A stretch of DNA of 63,986 bases, counting the filler. It is 5 parts of 5 records of this genome, joined end to end, with 100 filler letters (N's around TTAATTAATTAA, not from the genome) between each part and the next. Parts side by side here need not be neighbours in the genome. Positions count along the whole stretch, not along the records: positions 1 to 23,406 come from DRR378314_917; 4 more parts are not named here. One strand, 5' to 3'. This document shows, piece after piece, positions 1 to 10,104 of this stretch. How positions within the stretch are numbered: position 1 is the stretch's first letter; the number at the start of each line of letters is the position of its first letter. Under the pieces are notes generated by a model. The model did no database searches. It was not told the DNA's origin and worked only from the letters and a program-made list of their open reading frames with translations. Position numbers and translations under genes: made by a program.

Positions 1-31
1 AAACGGTCAACGTATTTCAGGCATAGACAAT

Positions 32-183
32 GTTCAAAGTCTTGACCGGAGATTGAGCGTAGTCGAAATCGGAGTAAGTTGTGAGTTCAAAGTTCAAGAT
101 TATTATTTAGTTGGCAGTTGCAGTTTGAAGTGGGCGGATTGGGTTCAAGGTTCAAAGTTCAAAGTCTTGACCGGAGATTGAGC
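32..183. repeat. Two identical 27-nt direct repeats (GTTCAAAGTCTTGACCGGAGATTGAGC, 32-58 and 157-183) at the contig start
   Basis: Exact copies read from the sequence, with short GTTCAA(A/G) sub-repeats between them and a GCCCG-N8-CGGGC hairpin near 206-223. Confidence 0.8.
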
Positions 184-269
184 CTAATAATCGGCAGAAG
201 GGCCTGCCCGGTTGCAGACGGGCATCATACTCGTGCCAGTAAAGGGGCATTGTTTGCCCGATGCATTTT

Positions 270-1373
270 TTATTCAGAAGTTTTTCCCTTATTCTCAGAA
301 TACACTTTCTTCATCACCTCGATTTTACCTTCATCCTCTGCTATGGCATGGGTGGTAAACATCATTACTCCGGTCGATTTCCCAGCTAAACCGCCACGCA
401 ATACCGTTTCAAAGGCTTCTTTGGTAACAATACCAGGTTCATTGTAGGCCTGGACAATGGGCCATATTTTGGGGTAGGTACCATCTTCAGCATCTATCTT
501 TTTGCTAAACCATTCTATGTTCTCCTGCACCCAACTGGGGGCTCTTCCCATTCTTTGATGGTAGACCATAGGAGAAAAAACATCTACGGTTTTCTTTAAA
601 AGATCATAATCCAAACCCAGAATACGTTCCCTGGCGCCATTAAATTCTTCGTCGTCCCAAGGACAATGATAAAGGCCAAGTAGGGCATTGGGTTTAATTT
701 CAGTCATAATACTCTTCATATTGGCAGTCCAATCATAAATAACCTGGCAACGCCATTTTCGCCATACAGTATTGTGGTTTTTAAGGATATATTCTGCCTT
801 TTCAGGAGTGGTGGCATCTGGCAAACGGATGTTGTTATCCTTTGAAAAGCTATTTAGACAATGCCTACAAAAGCAAGTTTCTGGCAAAATGGGTTCCGGG
901 TCCTCAAATTGGGCGTGCCAGTGCACATAATCCATCCAGACCCCATCCAGATCATATTCCAGAAGTAAGTCGCGCAGCTGGTCGAAACGATATTTTCTAA
1001 AACCGGGTTCGGTAGGGCAGGCCCCCATAAACCAGGTGGCGGCTTCAACTCTTTCTCCTTTCTCATTTACGGCCCAAGCCTCTGGATGGGTATCCACATA
1101 ACCTTTTCCGTTCAAAGTGGCAAATTCGGCATAAACCCGTGCTCCTTCAGCCCTTGCGCGGATAATCATATCCTCATTAAGGGATCCACTGTGAACAAAT
1201 ATGGCATTTACCCCAAGGTCGTTGAGTTTATGCCCTTTGTCCCATAGAGGTTTGGGATTCCCATAGACACCCTTTATCTCTATGGTTTTAGTGGAGGATG
1301 ACCCACAGGAGACAAGTCCGATCACGGAGAAAAGCAATAGGTATATACATCGGAATTTTAAGTTAGAGGTCAT
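270..1373 (-). CDS. Putative glycoside hydrolase-like TIM-barrel lipoprotein (GHL10/DUF187-like)
   Basis: Lipobox-like VSC after a hydrophobic N-terminus; motifs YDLDGVWMDYVH, CFCxxC and VDVFSPMVYH. Confidence 0.6.
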   Translation of the reverse strand: MTSNLKFRCIYLLLFSVIGLVSCGSSSTKTIEIKGVYGNPKPLWDKGHKLNDLGVNAIFVHSGSLNEDMIIRARAEGARVYAEFATLNGKGYVDTHPEAWAVNEKGERVEAATWFMGACPTEPGFRKYRFDQLRDLLLEYDLDGVWMDYVHWHAQFEDPEPILPETCFCRHCLNSFSKDNNIRLPDATTPEKAEYILKNHNTVWRKWRCQVIYDWTANMKSIMTEIKPNALLGLYHCPWDDEEFNGARERILGLDYDLLKKTVDVFSPMVYHQRMGRAPSWVQENIEWFSKKIDAEDGTYPKIWPIVQAYNEPGIVTKEAFETVLRGGLAGKSTGVMMFTTHAIAEDEGKIEVMKKVYSENKGKTSE

Positions 1374-1494
1374 ACCCTTTAATTTTGGACAATCAATTTA
1401 CAACTTCCCGCAAAATATTGTTGCATAAATTGACGCGATAAAAATGCGATTCAACCTAAAATAGATGTATTTCGTCGGCAAAGGAGCAGAAAAC

Positions 1495-2202
1495 CTATTT
1501 TATGCCCCCAAAAGCCCCAAAACACATATTCTTATGCAATATCTCCACCTTGCTGAAGCCTAGATTTTTCATAAGGTCTAGCTGATAGTTCATGGATCTT
1601 GGGGAATCCTCTTTGTCCACATAATCCAGCACTTTTTTTCTGTAGTCCTCTCCGCCCAATTCCTCTAAATAGTCTCCATATCTTTCCCAGGTATAGTCAT
1701 TGAGTATTTCGGTGTCCTGGGTAATCAGGTCAGAAATCATAAAGCAGCCTCCTGGCTTTAGCAGGCCATATATCTTTTTAAAGGTTGTCTCCCAATCTTG
1801 ATCGTCCCTTAAATGATGCAGTACGGCCCCTGCCAAAATAATATCGAAATGGTTTTGTTTTAGAGGTACCTCCCTAATATCTCCCTTTACCACATGTACA
1901 TTTTTATTGGTCTGTTCAGATACCCTTTCGTAGGCCTTGTCCAACATAGGATCACTTAGGTCTACCAAGGTACATTCCAAGTTGGGGAGCTTGGAGAGCA
2001 TTTTTAGGGAATAGTTTCCCGCGCCACATCCAATGTCCAATAATTGCTCCGCATTGGGAACTATTCTTCTGGCCGCTTCGGTAATCAATTCCAAGGAAAT
2101 TTTGGCGTCGATAGTAGTAAGTTGCCCAGTATCCAAATTGGAGAAGCGCTCCACATCCTTGTCGAACCGTTCCCTGATTTCCGCTACGCTGGATTTTTTC
2201 AT
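1495..2202 (-). CDS. Class I SAM-dependent methyltransferase
   Basis: Motif I LLDIGCGAG, followed by VDLS, VLHHL and LKPGG. Confidence 0.9.
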   Translation of the reverse strand: MKKSSVAEIRERFDKDVERFSNLDTGQLTTIDAKISLELITEAARRIVPNAEQLLDIGCGAGNYSLKMLSKLPNLECTLVDLSDPMLDKAYERVSEQTNKNVHVVKGDIREVPLKQNHFDIILAGAVLHHLRDDQDWETTFKKIYGLLKPGGCFMISDLITQDTEILNDYTWERYGDYLEELGGEDYRKKVLDYVDKEDSPRSMNYQLDLMKNLGFSKVEILHKNMCFGAFGGIK

Positions 2203-2231
2203 TCTTGTAAAGTATATTTTTTCCTAATTTG

Positions 2232-3251
2232 TTATGATTCGGACAGGGTCCTTATCTTCTCCCAAACACTTTCGCTAACGGGCATCCCGTTCTTTAAATT
2301 TTCTTCCCTGGTAAGGGCACTCCTTTCCCCGGGAAAATATATCTTATCTCCGGCCTGCATGGGTTCCACGTCATGGGTATAGTCGATAATTTCGTTTAAC
2401 AGTTTTTCCTGCAGTGCCTTGTCGTGAAATACTTCTTGGTAAATGCAGAGGTATACTTGGGAAATCCCGGTTTCAAAATCTTTTTGCCCAACCTTATAGG
2501 TAGAATTTCCGGCGGACAAAAGGGTGGCCAACATATCTAAAATTATGGACAGGGCGGAACCTTTCCAATAGCCTATAGGGAGACCACGTTCCTTTACCGT
2601 AATTTTCTCCGGATCGTTGGACAGTTCGTCATTGGCATCCCAGCCTCCTGGAAAGGGAAGTTTTTTGCCCCTAAGTTTATAGTCGTTGATCTTCCCAAAA
2701 GCGAACTGGGAAATGGCCATATCCAATACTACATTTCCTCCTTTCCTTGGTATGGATACAATGAACGGGTTGTTGCCAATTCGACTGTCCTTACCGCCCC
2801 AAGGTGGCATATTGGGTTGAGTATTGGTAAATAGAATGGAAATGCAACCGGCATCCGCAGCCAGTTGTCCGTAGGTGCCGCCGCGCATCCAGTGATTGGT
2901 GTTGCGCAATGCAACTAGGCCCATTCCGTGTGTTTTGGCCAGTTCTACGGCCCGCTTGGCGCACTTGGTAGCATTGATGATGCCCGGACCATAATTCCCG
3001 TCCCAACGTTCTATACTGCCAAAGGATTCGACTTTTTCTGCTTCTGCATTAATTTTAACGCTACCGTTTTTCACATATTCCAAAAATAGGGGCACACGGT
3101 TTATGCCATGGGAATTTACCCCGGCCAAGGTACTCTCGGTATAGGTTTGGGCCAATAATTGGGCCTTTTCATGGGTGAACTTATATTTTAAGAACAGTTT
3201 GTAGAGTACATCCTGCATTTGTTGGGAGGTAATTTGCATGGTATTTTTCAT
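2232..3251 (-). CDS. yiaK: 3-dehydro-L-gulonate 2-dehydrogenase (Ldh_2 family); start could be 3239 or 3284
   Basis: GVNSHGINR, ALRNTNHWMRGGTYG, MPPWGGKDSRIGNNP and LPIGYWKGS match the YiaK/DlgD pattern. Confidence 0.85.
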   Translation of the reverse strand: MKNTMQITSQQMQDVLYKLFLKYKFTHEKAQLLAQTYTESTLAGVNSHGINRVPLFLEYVKNGSVKINAEAEKVESFGSIERWDGNYGPGIINATKCAKRAVELAKTHGMGLVALRNTNHWMRGGTYGQLAADAGCISILFTNTQPNMPPWGGKDSRIGNNPFIVSIPRKGGNVVLDMAISQFAFGKINDYKLRGKKLPFPGGWDANDELSNDPEKITVKERGLPIGYWKGSALSIILDMLATLLSAGNSTYKVGQKDFETGISQVYLCIYQEVFHDKALQEKLLNEIIDYTHDVEPMQAGDKIYFPGERSALTREENLKNGMPVSESVWEKIRTLSES

Positions 3252-3326
3252 TTGTTTTAAGGTTGATAAAAGTAGGGATAACATCCCGCTTGCTACTTTT
3301 TTTTCATGTGTATTATTAGCTTTGGC

Positions 3327-4760
3327 CTATTTTTCAATGAGTAAGTATTCCAAGTATCTAAGCCCTGAGGCCATTAAGTTCTTCCTTTTCCTAGCCATTT
3401 CTTTATACTTTTGGAGGGTATTTCTATTTATTTTCCTTCCCTTTACAAAAACAGATGAAGGATTTTCCAGCGTTGATAGTTCCAATAAAGGGTTACTATC
3501 CAAGAGCAACAAGTTGGCAACCTTCCCCGTTTCAATGCTTCCCAGTTGGTTCATAATAGAATGTGTTTGGGCAGCATTTACCGTAGCTGTTTTTAATACC
3601 TCGTAATTGGAAAGTCCTGCCTCCTTATAAAATGCCAGTTCCTTATGAATTGAAAAGCCAGGTATGGTGACTCCTATTCCGGCATCTGTTCCACAGATAA
3701 TTGGCACTCCGGTCTTGTGGAGTTCAGTAATGATCCGTAAATGAAAATCATGTTGTTTTTTTATTCTGTCCACTACGCCAGAATCTTCCTGCTTGGCATT
3801 GTGCCAGCGGTCAAATTGATTTTTGCTGTCTACTTTTTTGATAAGCGGATTCATATAGAACAAGGATTCAGAATCCAAAATAGAATCGTTCAACATCATC
3901 TGATAGATATTATTGAATACGGTAATGGTGGGGCAAAAACTGCTGTGCTTGGTATTCGAAATTGAATCGATTATAGGTCGTAGTTGAACGGTGTCCAAAT
4001 TGAATTGTAAAGGTTGCTGCACAATTTCTTCAGCATGTTCAATAGATTTTATCTGTGGATTTAAGTGATACGAAAAGGGTACTTTTTGTGAAGGATGGGC
4101 AACGATATCGATTTTGGAAATTGCCGCCTGCTCAATAACGGCATCAAATAATTCCTTGTCCAAACCGTAATAGGTTTTAATAAAATCATACCCTCTTTGC
4201 TGATATGAAACCACCTTTTCTGCAGCTTCCTTGGGGTGTGTTAGATTTAAATTATCGTCACCTATAAACTCTGGGCCTGTGAGTTTTGGCCCTGTCGTAA
4301 AAAAATGGGGCGAAATAATTTTATCACTATTTACCTCTGACTTGATTCTTAAATGCATTGGCGTGCCCCACACGTTTCTAACTGCTGTAACGCCATTGGA
4401 AAGGTACAGTCCAAGCTCGTATCTGTCCCATACATGTACATGCATATCAATAAGTCCGGGCAGTAGATATTTACCTTTTGCATCAACAACCTCTATATCC
4501 TTGATATCGAGGTTTTCGGAGATTTTTTTAATTATACCATCCTGGATATATACCATTTTATTGACAAGGACAGTATCTCGATGCATAGGGATAATATTTG
4601 CATTGGTGATAAGGTATGTGGAATCATTGGAAACCGCCCTATTCCCGACTTTCAAATAATTGGTGCCCAATGTATCCATTACCAATACGATGATGACCGC
4701 GATAGCCACCATTGCAACAATTCCTAGGACAATTTTAAAAAAGCGTTTTAATAGTTTCAT
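3327..4760 (-). CDS. Amidohydrolase family protein with N-terminal membrane anchor
   Basis: PGLIDMHVH metal motif, SIEH, GTDAG and GSIETGKVANLLLLDSNPL. Confidence 0.9.
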   Translation of the reverse strand: MKLLKRFFKIVLGIVAMVAIAVIIVLVMDTLGTNYLKVGNRAVSNDSTYLITNANIIPMHRDTVLVNKMVYIQDGIIKKISENLDIKDIEVVDAKGKYLLPGLIDMHVHVWDRYELGLYLSNGVTAVRNVWGTPMHLRIKSEVNSDKIISPHFFTTGPKLTGPEFIGDDNLNLTHPKEAAEKVVSYQQRGYDFIKTYYGLDKELFDAVIEQAAISKIDIVAHPSQKVPFSYHLNPQIKSIEHAEEIVQQPLQFNLDTVQLRPIIDSISNTKHSSFCPTITVFNNIYQMMLNDSILDSESLFYMNPLIKKVDSKNQFDRWHNAKQEDSGVVDRIKKQHDFHLRIITELHKTGVPIICGTDAGIGVTIPGFSIHKELAFYKEAGLSNYEVLKTATVNAAQTHSIMNQLGSIETGKVANLLLLDSNPLLELSTLENPSSVFVKGRKINRNTLQKYKEMARKRKNLMASGLRYLEYLLIEK

Positions 4761-4886
4761 TTATCCAATGGTCGCAAATGTGATGGTATTAGATTAGTTT
4801 CGATGTTTAGGTAACTAATTTAGCAAATACAGGCTAAAACTTACTACCGGAACGCAGAAAATCCGGCTTGCCACTTTTTTGGGCAT

Positions 4887-4973
4887 CGTGGGATTTTACC
4901 ACATCGATATCTGCCATATTAAAAGTAATGAATTTTATCCTTTAAAAAGGGCAGGACTTATTTGTTGTCAATG
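4887..4973. repeat. Degenerate direct repeat, copy A (upstream of the TA pair)
   Basis: CGTGGGATTTT, then a 33-mer at 4941-4973 that matches 6268-6300 at 29 of 33 positions. Confidence 0.7.
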
Positions 4974-5085
4974 TGAGTCCGTAGTTTTATTACTTGGTTT
5001 GTCTTGTTTAAAATATATTTAAAAAATGATAGATTTATCAAATATTATTGTATATTTACAATAGGGCATACGTAAAAATACAATT

Positions 5086-5589
5086 ATGGCTGTAAGAACA
5101 AAAGCAGTAAATCCGGCAAAAAAAGAAACCAATGTGAAGGTTGGAGTGGCTAAAAAGGGAATAACACCGGTTAGACATACTAAGTTTTCTCCATCATGGG
5201 TAGTTGTACATTCTAAAGATACTCCAGGGTTTAAACTTGAACTAATTGACCGAATCAGAGAAGGTGTAAAAAAGTCTGATTGGAAACAATTGATTCAATA
5301 TACTGATTCCACCGAAAAAGAATTTGAACATATTCTTCCGGCTTCCATAAGTAGTATGCAAAAGAAAACAGTTTATGGCAAAGAGACTTCCGAACGCATT
5401 TACGAGTTAGCCAAACTCTTTGGATTAGGTTATGAAGTTTTTGATACCAAGGATGATTTTAAAAGATGGTTAAGAACACCATCGAAAGCTCTTGGAAATA
5501 AAATTCCGTTTGAGTTATTGGATAGTAGCTTTGGATTTGAATTAGTGGAAAATGAGATTATTAGAATTCAGTACAATGTATATACTTAA
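5086..5589 (+). CDS. Type II antitoxin, Xre/MbcA/ParS family
   Basis: SERIYELAKLF and WLRTPSKALGNKIPFELLDSSFGFELVENEIIRIQY C-terminal motif; TAATG overlap with the RES gene. Confidence 0.9.
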   Translation: MAVRTKAVNPAKKETNVKVGVAKKGITPVRHTKFSPSWVVVHSKDTPGFKLELIDRIREGVKKSDWKQLIQYTDSTEKEFEHILPASISSMQKKTVYGKETSERIYELAKLFGLGYEVFDTKDDFKRWLRTPSKALGNKIPFELLDSSFGFELVENEIIRIQYNVYT

Positions 5590-6056
5590 TGTTTGTCTAC
5601 AGAGTTGCGAATGCTAAATATAAAGATTCTACCTTATCAAGTATTGGCGCTGAAAAGGTTGGTGGTAGATGGAATTCTGTAGGGACAAGAGCTGTTTACT
5701 GTTCAGAGAATATTTCATTGGCATTGTTAGAATATTATGTTCATTCTGATGATATTTCTACTCTACCGAAAAAAATATTAATAGCAAAAATTCAATTTCC
5801 TGATGATTTAATTATTGAAGAACTAGAGGAAATACCGGACACTTGGAAAGACTATCCATACACTTCGGAAACTACACATGTTTTTACTGAATTCGTTAAA
5901 GATAGAAATAAGTTTGCACTTAAGGTTCCTTCAACCATTGTAGGACTTGAATCGAATATTATTCTAAATCCTCTATATAAGGAATTTGGTAAAGTAGAAA
6001 TAGTTGAATTTTTGGAACTTCCAATAGATCAAAGACTTAAAAAGGGGATTCGGTAA
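5589..6056 (+). CDS. RES-domain toxin (NAD+ phosphorylase / ADP-ribosyltransferase-like)
   Basis: GGRWNS, AVYCSENISLALLE, LKVPS and NIILNP; translationally coupled to the antitoxin. Confidence 0.9.
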   Translation: MFVYRVANAKYKDSTLSSIGAEKVGGRWNSVGTRAVYCSENISLALLEYYVHSDDISTLPKKILIAKIQFPDDLIIEELEEIPDTWKDYPYTSETTHVFTEFVKDRNKFALKVPSTIVGLESNIILNPLYKEFGKVEIVEFLELPIDQRLKKGIR

Positions 6057-6214
6057 TTATTCTAAATACTACTTTTTGATATTCTGACCAACGGTTATAT
6101 TTAGTATAATTTTCCTACACAAAATTTGACTCGGTAGCTTACGAAATTAATAGAGTTTCTTTATGTTGGCAATTATTCCCACCGTTAAGGCTTTGATTTC
6201 GGTCTGAGAAAGCC

Positions 6215-6300
6215 CGTGGGATTTTTCAGTTAGAATCGGCCGGGAAAAAAAGCAAAAGATTTTCTCTTTTAAAAAAGGCAGGATTTAGTTATTGTCAATG
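6215..6300. repeat. Degenerate direct repeat, copy B, abutting the stop codon of 6301-6741
   Basis: Same two conserved blocks as copy A with near-identical spacing (53 vs 54 nt). Confidence 0.7.
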
Positions 6301-6741
6301 CTATTTAGTGGTTTTATTTTTCTTATTTAGTATACCGTAGATAATATTGATCGGGAAAATTATCTGACCTAAAATGGTAATCAGGATTACTAATGAAATG
6401 ATCAAAGTAAGACCATTATTAAATTCAAATTCCATTATATTTTCCCTGTAAAATTGGGATAAAATAAGCGCAATTATAGTTCCACCAAAAGTTAATCCTA
6501 TATGAAACCAATTAAGCCTTACTGATAAGGTTCCATTAACTCTTTTTATAATCCAATAACCCAAGCCCATTATTGCAAAAAGCATAGCAAGAAATATAGA
6601 TAAATCATTGCTTGCAATTACGTAATAGGTGTCCGCAATATTAAAATCCAATATTGAATCCCCGCTCAAAAATCCAATAAGCCAGATGATTGGAATGGTA
6701 GGTAAAAAAATCAAATGAGGTTTATCAATTATGGAGTTCAT
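6301..6741 (-). CDS. Hypothetical multi-pass membrane protein
   Basis: About four hydrophobic segments and a DFNIADTYYVI motif; AT-rich. Confidence 0.7.
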   Translation of the reverse strand: MNSIIDKPHLIFLPTIPIIWLIGFLSGDSILDFNIADTYYVIASNDLSIFLAMLFAIMGLGYWIIKRVNGTLSVRLNWFHIGLTFGGTIIALILSQFYRENIMEFEFNNGLTLIISLVILITILGQIIFPINIIYGILNKKNKTTK

Positions 6742-6935
6742 TTTATTCTAGGTTAGCGATTTCTTTAAGAATATTGTGGGATTAGGTGCCAGGGTTTTTT
6801 ATAAGACAACACGAAGTAGCAAACTTGCAATTATACTTGGTTATGGAATAAATTTGTCGTTAGAAGCAAATATCAAGGAAGCTTCCGGAAGACGATTACC
6901 AACTATGATTAAACTATTTTGCCGGTATTTGCGCT

Positions 6936-7910
6936 TTATTTAAATTTTTCTAAAAATTCCATCAATTTCAATTTGGCGTCTCGTTTAGCTTTAATATCCC
7001 CCTCATCATTTCCCCCATATTCATATTCATAATCTTTTCCACTAATTTTAATTGTTCTAGTCCTGTAACTCGTATTATCATCGGGGTTGCTAGAAATTAA
7101 GTGTCCAGCGTTTTCATATTTTATATTTTGAAAAGAGTGTTCAAACGTATTGGTTTCCAATCTTTTCTCTATCATATCGGCCATTATTGATGATGGCCAA
7201 ACCTGATCATCTTTTCCGGAAAAAAGTAGAATAGGTCCATTGATCTTTTCTACTTTGATAGCCGCTTGCCCTATAAAATCTGCTTTTTGCAAACCCTTAT
7301 TCCAATATTCCAGCATGTTATTGCTATTCAATTGGTTTCCTGAGATTTTGTCCATGGGCACGTATGGAATATCAAGCCCTTTGTATTTCCAGCTCGATTT
7401 CAATTCGTTGGAATTGTATGGTAAAACTGTATTGGACCAAGAGACAGCGCTGGGTGCGTAGGCAACAACTCCGCTAATAGATCTTGGGAATACGGCAGCA
7501 AGTAATAATGCCAATTCCGCATTTCTTGATGCTCCCATCACAATTATTTTATTTGGATCAACTTCTGGCTGTTTTTTTAACCATGCCAAAGCTTTTTCAA
7601 AGTATTCTAAGTTAATTTCCTCAGGTAATTTGGGTAACCCTTCCCTTTGGGTATACGGTAATGATAAACCACTATATCCTCTGTTGGCAAACTGTTGCCC
7701 CCAGTAATCCCCCCATTGCCCTCCACCTATCAAAACTATTGATGTGCTTCTCTTGGTATTGGTTTTTACAAAATAATTTGCCTGAATACCATTTTCATTT
7801 ATAGTTCTCGCCTTTACACCACAGAATAGTATACTGTCCGCTATAAAATATCCGATGACTAAGAGTATCGTAATTACGATCCCAATAATATATTTTCTGC
7901 TTATGCCCAT
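6936..7910 (-). CDS. Alpha/beta hydrolase, BAAT / acyl-CoA thioester hydrolase C-terminal type
   Basis: LEYFEKALAWL, GASRNAE nucleophile elbow, SGKDDQVWPS and YENAGH. Confidence 0.85.
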   Translation of the reverse strand: MGISRKYIIGIVITILLVIGYFIADSILFCGVKARTINENGIQANYFVKTNTKRSTSIVLIGGGQWGDYWGQQFANRGYSGLSLPYTQREGLPKLPEEINLEYFEKALAWLKKQPEVDPNKIIVMGASRNAELALLLAAVFPRSISGVVAYAPSAVSWSNTVLPYNSNELKSSWKYKGLDIPYVPMDKISGNQLNSNNMLEYWNKGLQKADFIGQAAIKVEKINGPILLFSGKDDQVWPSSIMADMIEKRLETNTFEHSFQNIKYENAGHLISSNPDDNTSYRTRTIKISGKDYEYEYGGNDEGDIKAKRDAKLKLMEFLEKFK

Positions 7911-8048
7911 TTTTCGGGTATGTTCTTAACAACAATATTGGATTGTATATCTCTTTTAACGGCAATATAACAAATCTTTAAAATCCTTCTGAGCCTAGCC
8001 TCTTATAAAAATTGATGTGCCTTGGGCCCGGATTTTTACCAAACCACA

Positions 8049-10100
8049 CTACTGCGATTTCTCAATTGCTGCGTCGGCACTTTCATAAAAAGGAATGTTC
8101 AGCAGCCATTTCTTTACTTTGGTTGATACACTCAGTGTAATCCCCTCTTTACTTCTAGACTTTATCTTTGCTTTTATATTAGGGCTTTCCTTGTCCGAAG
8201 GCATTAGCAACCATACCAAAGTGGAATTCCCTTTTATTTCACAGCTATAGTAGCTGGTGGTATTGGGTTCGTACAAATTGTACTCTGGACTATACCATGC
8301 TTGTATTTCTGGGGTTTCCTGCCCTTTGATAAGTTGGATATCGAAGTTTTGACGGCTAACCGGAACAAGCGTCAAATTCCCCCTTTCATTAAGGGTTTTC
8401 ACCGTATATCTGTCCTTTATCACTGTGTTTTCCGGGTGCCAATGCCAAAGGGCATCAATTCTCCGTGGCCTGTCCGTTTCTATATTGTCCACAACCACCC
8501 AAAATTGTCCGCGTACATAGAATACCACCCGGGTATGTTTTGCAGTTCCTTCCAAATCTATATACTGGTCAAAGGAACTGGAGGCATAATCAAAATTTGT
8601 GGCTATTTTAAAATGGTCTTCGCCCAATGGTTTGTCCGCCAGTCTTGGTCCATTTTGCTGCCCCTTTCCGTCGATCAGTAAAAGGTTATGTCCCGCACTG
8701 CTTCTGGCATAGGGGCGGAATTTCTCCGCAACCTCCCCGGTATAGGCAAACCTTCCTGAGTCTACCAGGAAATCCTGGCCATAAGCGGAAACGGAAAGGT
8801 GTAGCTTATCATTATGTTGGTGGCCACTTCCCCAGGGTCCCATATCAAAAAAAGACCAATGGGCATCCCTATCGAAGTCGCTTCGGGAAACAAAATGCCC
8901 TGCCCAAGGATAAAAATAGGAGGGACCGTCTTCGGGCCGCCTACCTGTTTGTCCGTTGGTGACAATGTATTCCCAATCCTCATGACCAAATTTTTTGGCT
9001 CCCTTCAATATAAGGTTTTGGTCACTTCCCCTGTCCCCGTCATTGTTCATTACCCTAAAACCACTAGGTCTCACCATATGGGCAATGTAGCCGTACATTG
9101 CCTCAATAGTTCGGTTGTAAAAATCGGGCAACTTCCTGTTGGCCCTATCACAGATTTCCTGGAAAAGTTCAAAATTGTGTAAGGAGACGTTATGGTAATG
9201 AGAACTTAGCTCGGTTTGTACCCCATCTGCATACACCTGATCCTTCATGCTTTGGGTCATTGTTTCTATGGCATAGTCCAACCATTCTTCAGAATTTTTG
9301 TATTCAGGGAAATAGGCGGCCACGGTGGCCAAAGCTGAAATTTCCATAGTGAGCCAATTATTGCTGCTGTGAAAATTTCTATTGTAATGGGCATGGTCGG
9401 GCAGGCTACTAAGCAACAACAGCTGGGTGGCGGGTGAAATATAATCGCTCCCCAATAAGCCATAAAATATTTTTGGCCATACCTTGGCCCTGAAGGAAAC
9501 TTCCAAGCCCCGCCATACGGAAGTGCTACTTTTTACTGCAGGATAGGGCATACCCAGAATTATAAAATCTTTTAAAAAGAGGTCTATGTATTGGGCATAT
9601 TTTGGGTTGCCGGTTTCCAAATAGGTATTGAACACGTTATTTAATTGACTATGCCTATTGGATAGCCAAGCCCACTCCTTGTCATTATTGGGACCTTTAT
9701 AATACCAGTCACGATGGCCATTGGTAAGGTAGGGGACTTTTCCCCTAACATTCTGCACTACAAAAACATTGTTTAAAATGGTATCTGTCTCCGCACTGGT
9801 TAGCTCCGTTTTTGTAGGTAGCGTTTTACGTAAGTCCGATGCTGTATTACCGTTTTTGTAATACTCCAATAGCTCATAACAGGCATTTACCAAGTTGCCG
9901 TTTTCAAAATCCCGTTTCACTTTCTCCAATCCGGGATAGTCTAAATTAAATTGATCCAGCATGTTTTCAATGGTCTCGGTGTAATTGGTACATACCTCTT
10001 CAACGGTATTTATATCCTTCCAATCCTGCTGCGCAGTTGCATTTTTATGGATGCATAATACAAAGGCAAATAGCAAAAGGGTATTGATAATTTTAAACAT
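8049..10100 (-). CDS. Heparinase II/III-like polysaccharide lyase
   Basis: Signal peptide; NNWLTME, DGVQTELSSHYH, GHQHNDKLH, LVDSGRFAY and RSSAGHN. Confidence 0.85.
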   Translation of the reverse strand: MFKIINTLLLFAFVLCIHKNATAQQDWKDINTVEEVCTNYTETIENMLDQFNLDYPGLEKVKRDFENGNLVNACYELLEYYKNGNTASDLRKTLPTKTELTSAETDTILNNVFVVQNVRGKVPYLTNGHRDWYYKGPNNDKEWAWLSNRHSQLNNVFNTYLETGNPKYAQYIDLFLKDFIILGMPYPAVKSSTSVWRGLEVSFRAKVWPKIFYGLLGSDYISPATQLLLLSSLPDHAHYNRNFHSSNNWLTMEISALATVAAYFPEYKNSEEWLDYAIETMTQSMKDQVYADGVQTELSSHYHNVSLHNFELFQEICDRANRKLPDFYNRTIEAMYGYIAHMVRPSGFRVMNNDGDRGSDQNLILKGAKKFGHEDWEYIVTNGQTGRRPEDGPSYFYPWAGHFVSRSDFDRDAHWSFFDMGPWGSGHQHNDKLHLSVSAYGQDFLVDSGRFAYTGEVAEKFRPYARSSAGHNLLLIDGKGQQNGPRLADKPLGEDHFKIATNFDYASSSFDQYIDLEGTAKHTRVVFYVRGQFWVVVDNIETDRPRRIDALWHWHPENTVIKDRYTVKTLNERGNLTLVPVSRQNFDIQLIKGQETPEIQAWYSPEYNLYEPNTTSYYSCEIKGNSTLVWLLMPSDKESPNIKAKIKSRSKEGITLSVSTKVKKWLLNIPFYESADAAIEKSQ

Positions 10101-10104
10101 GGGC

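Noticed and set aside
32-183. 27-nt direct repeats as a CRISPR array
   Set aside because: Only two copies, a 98-nt internally repetitive spacer, and no cas genes.
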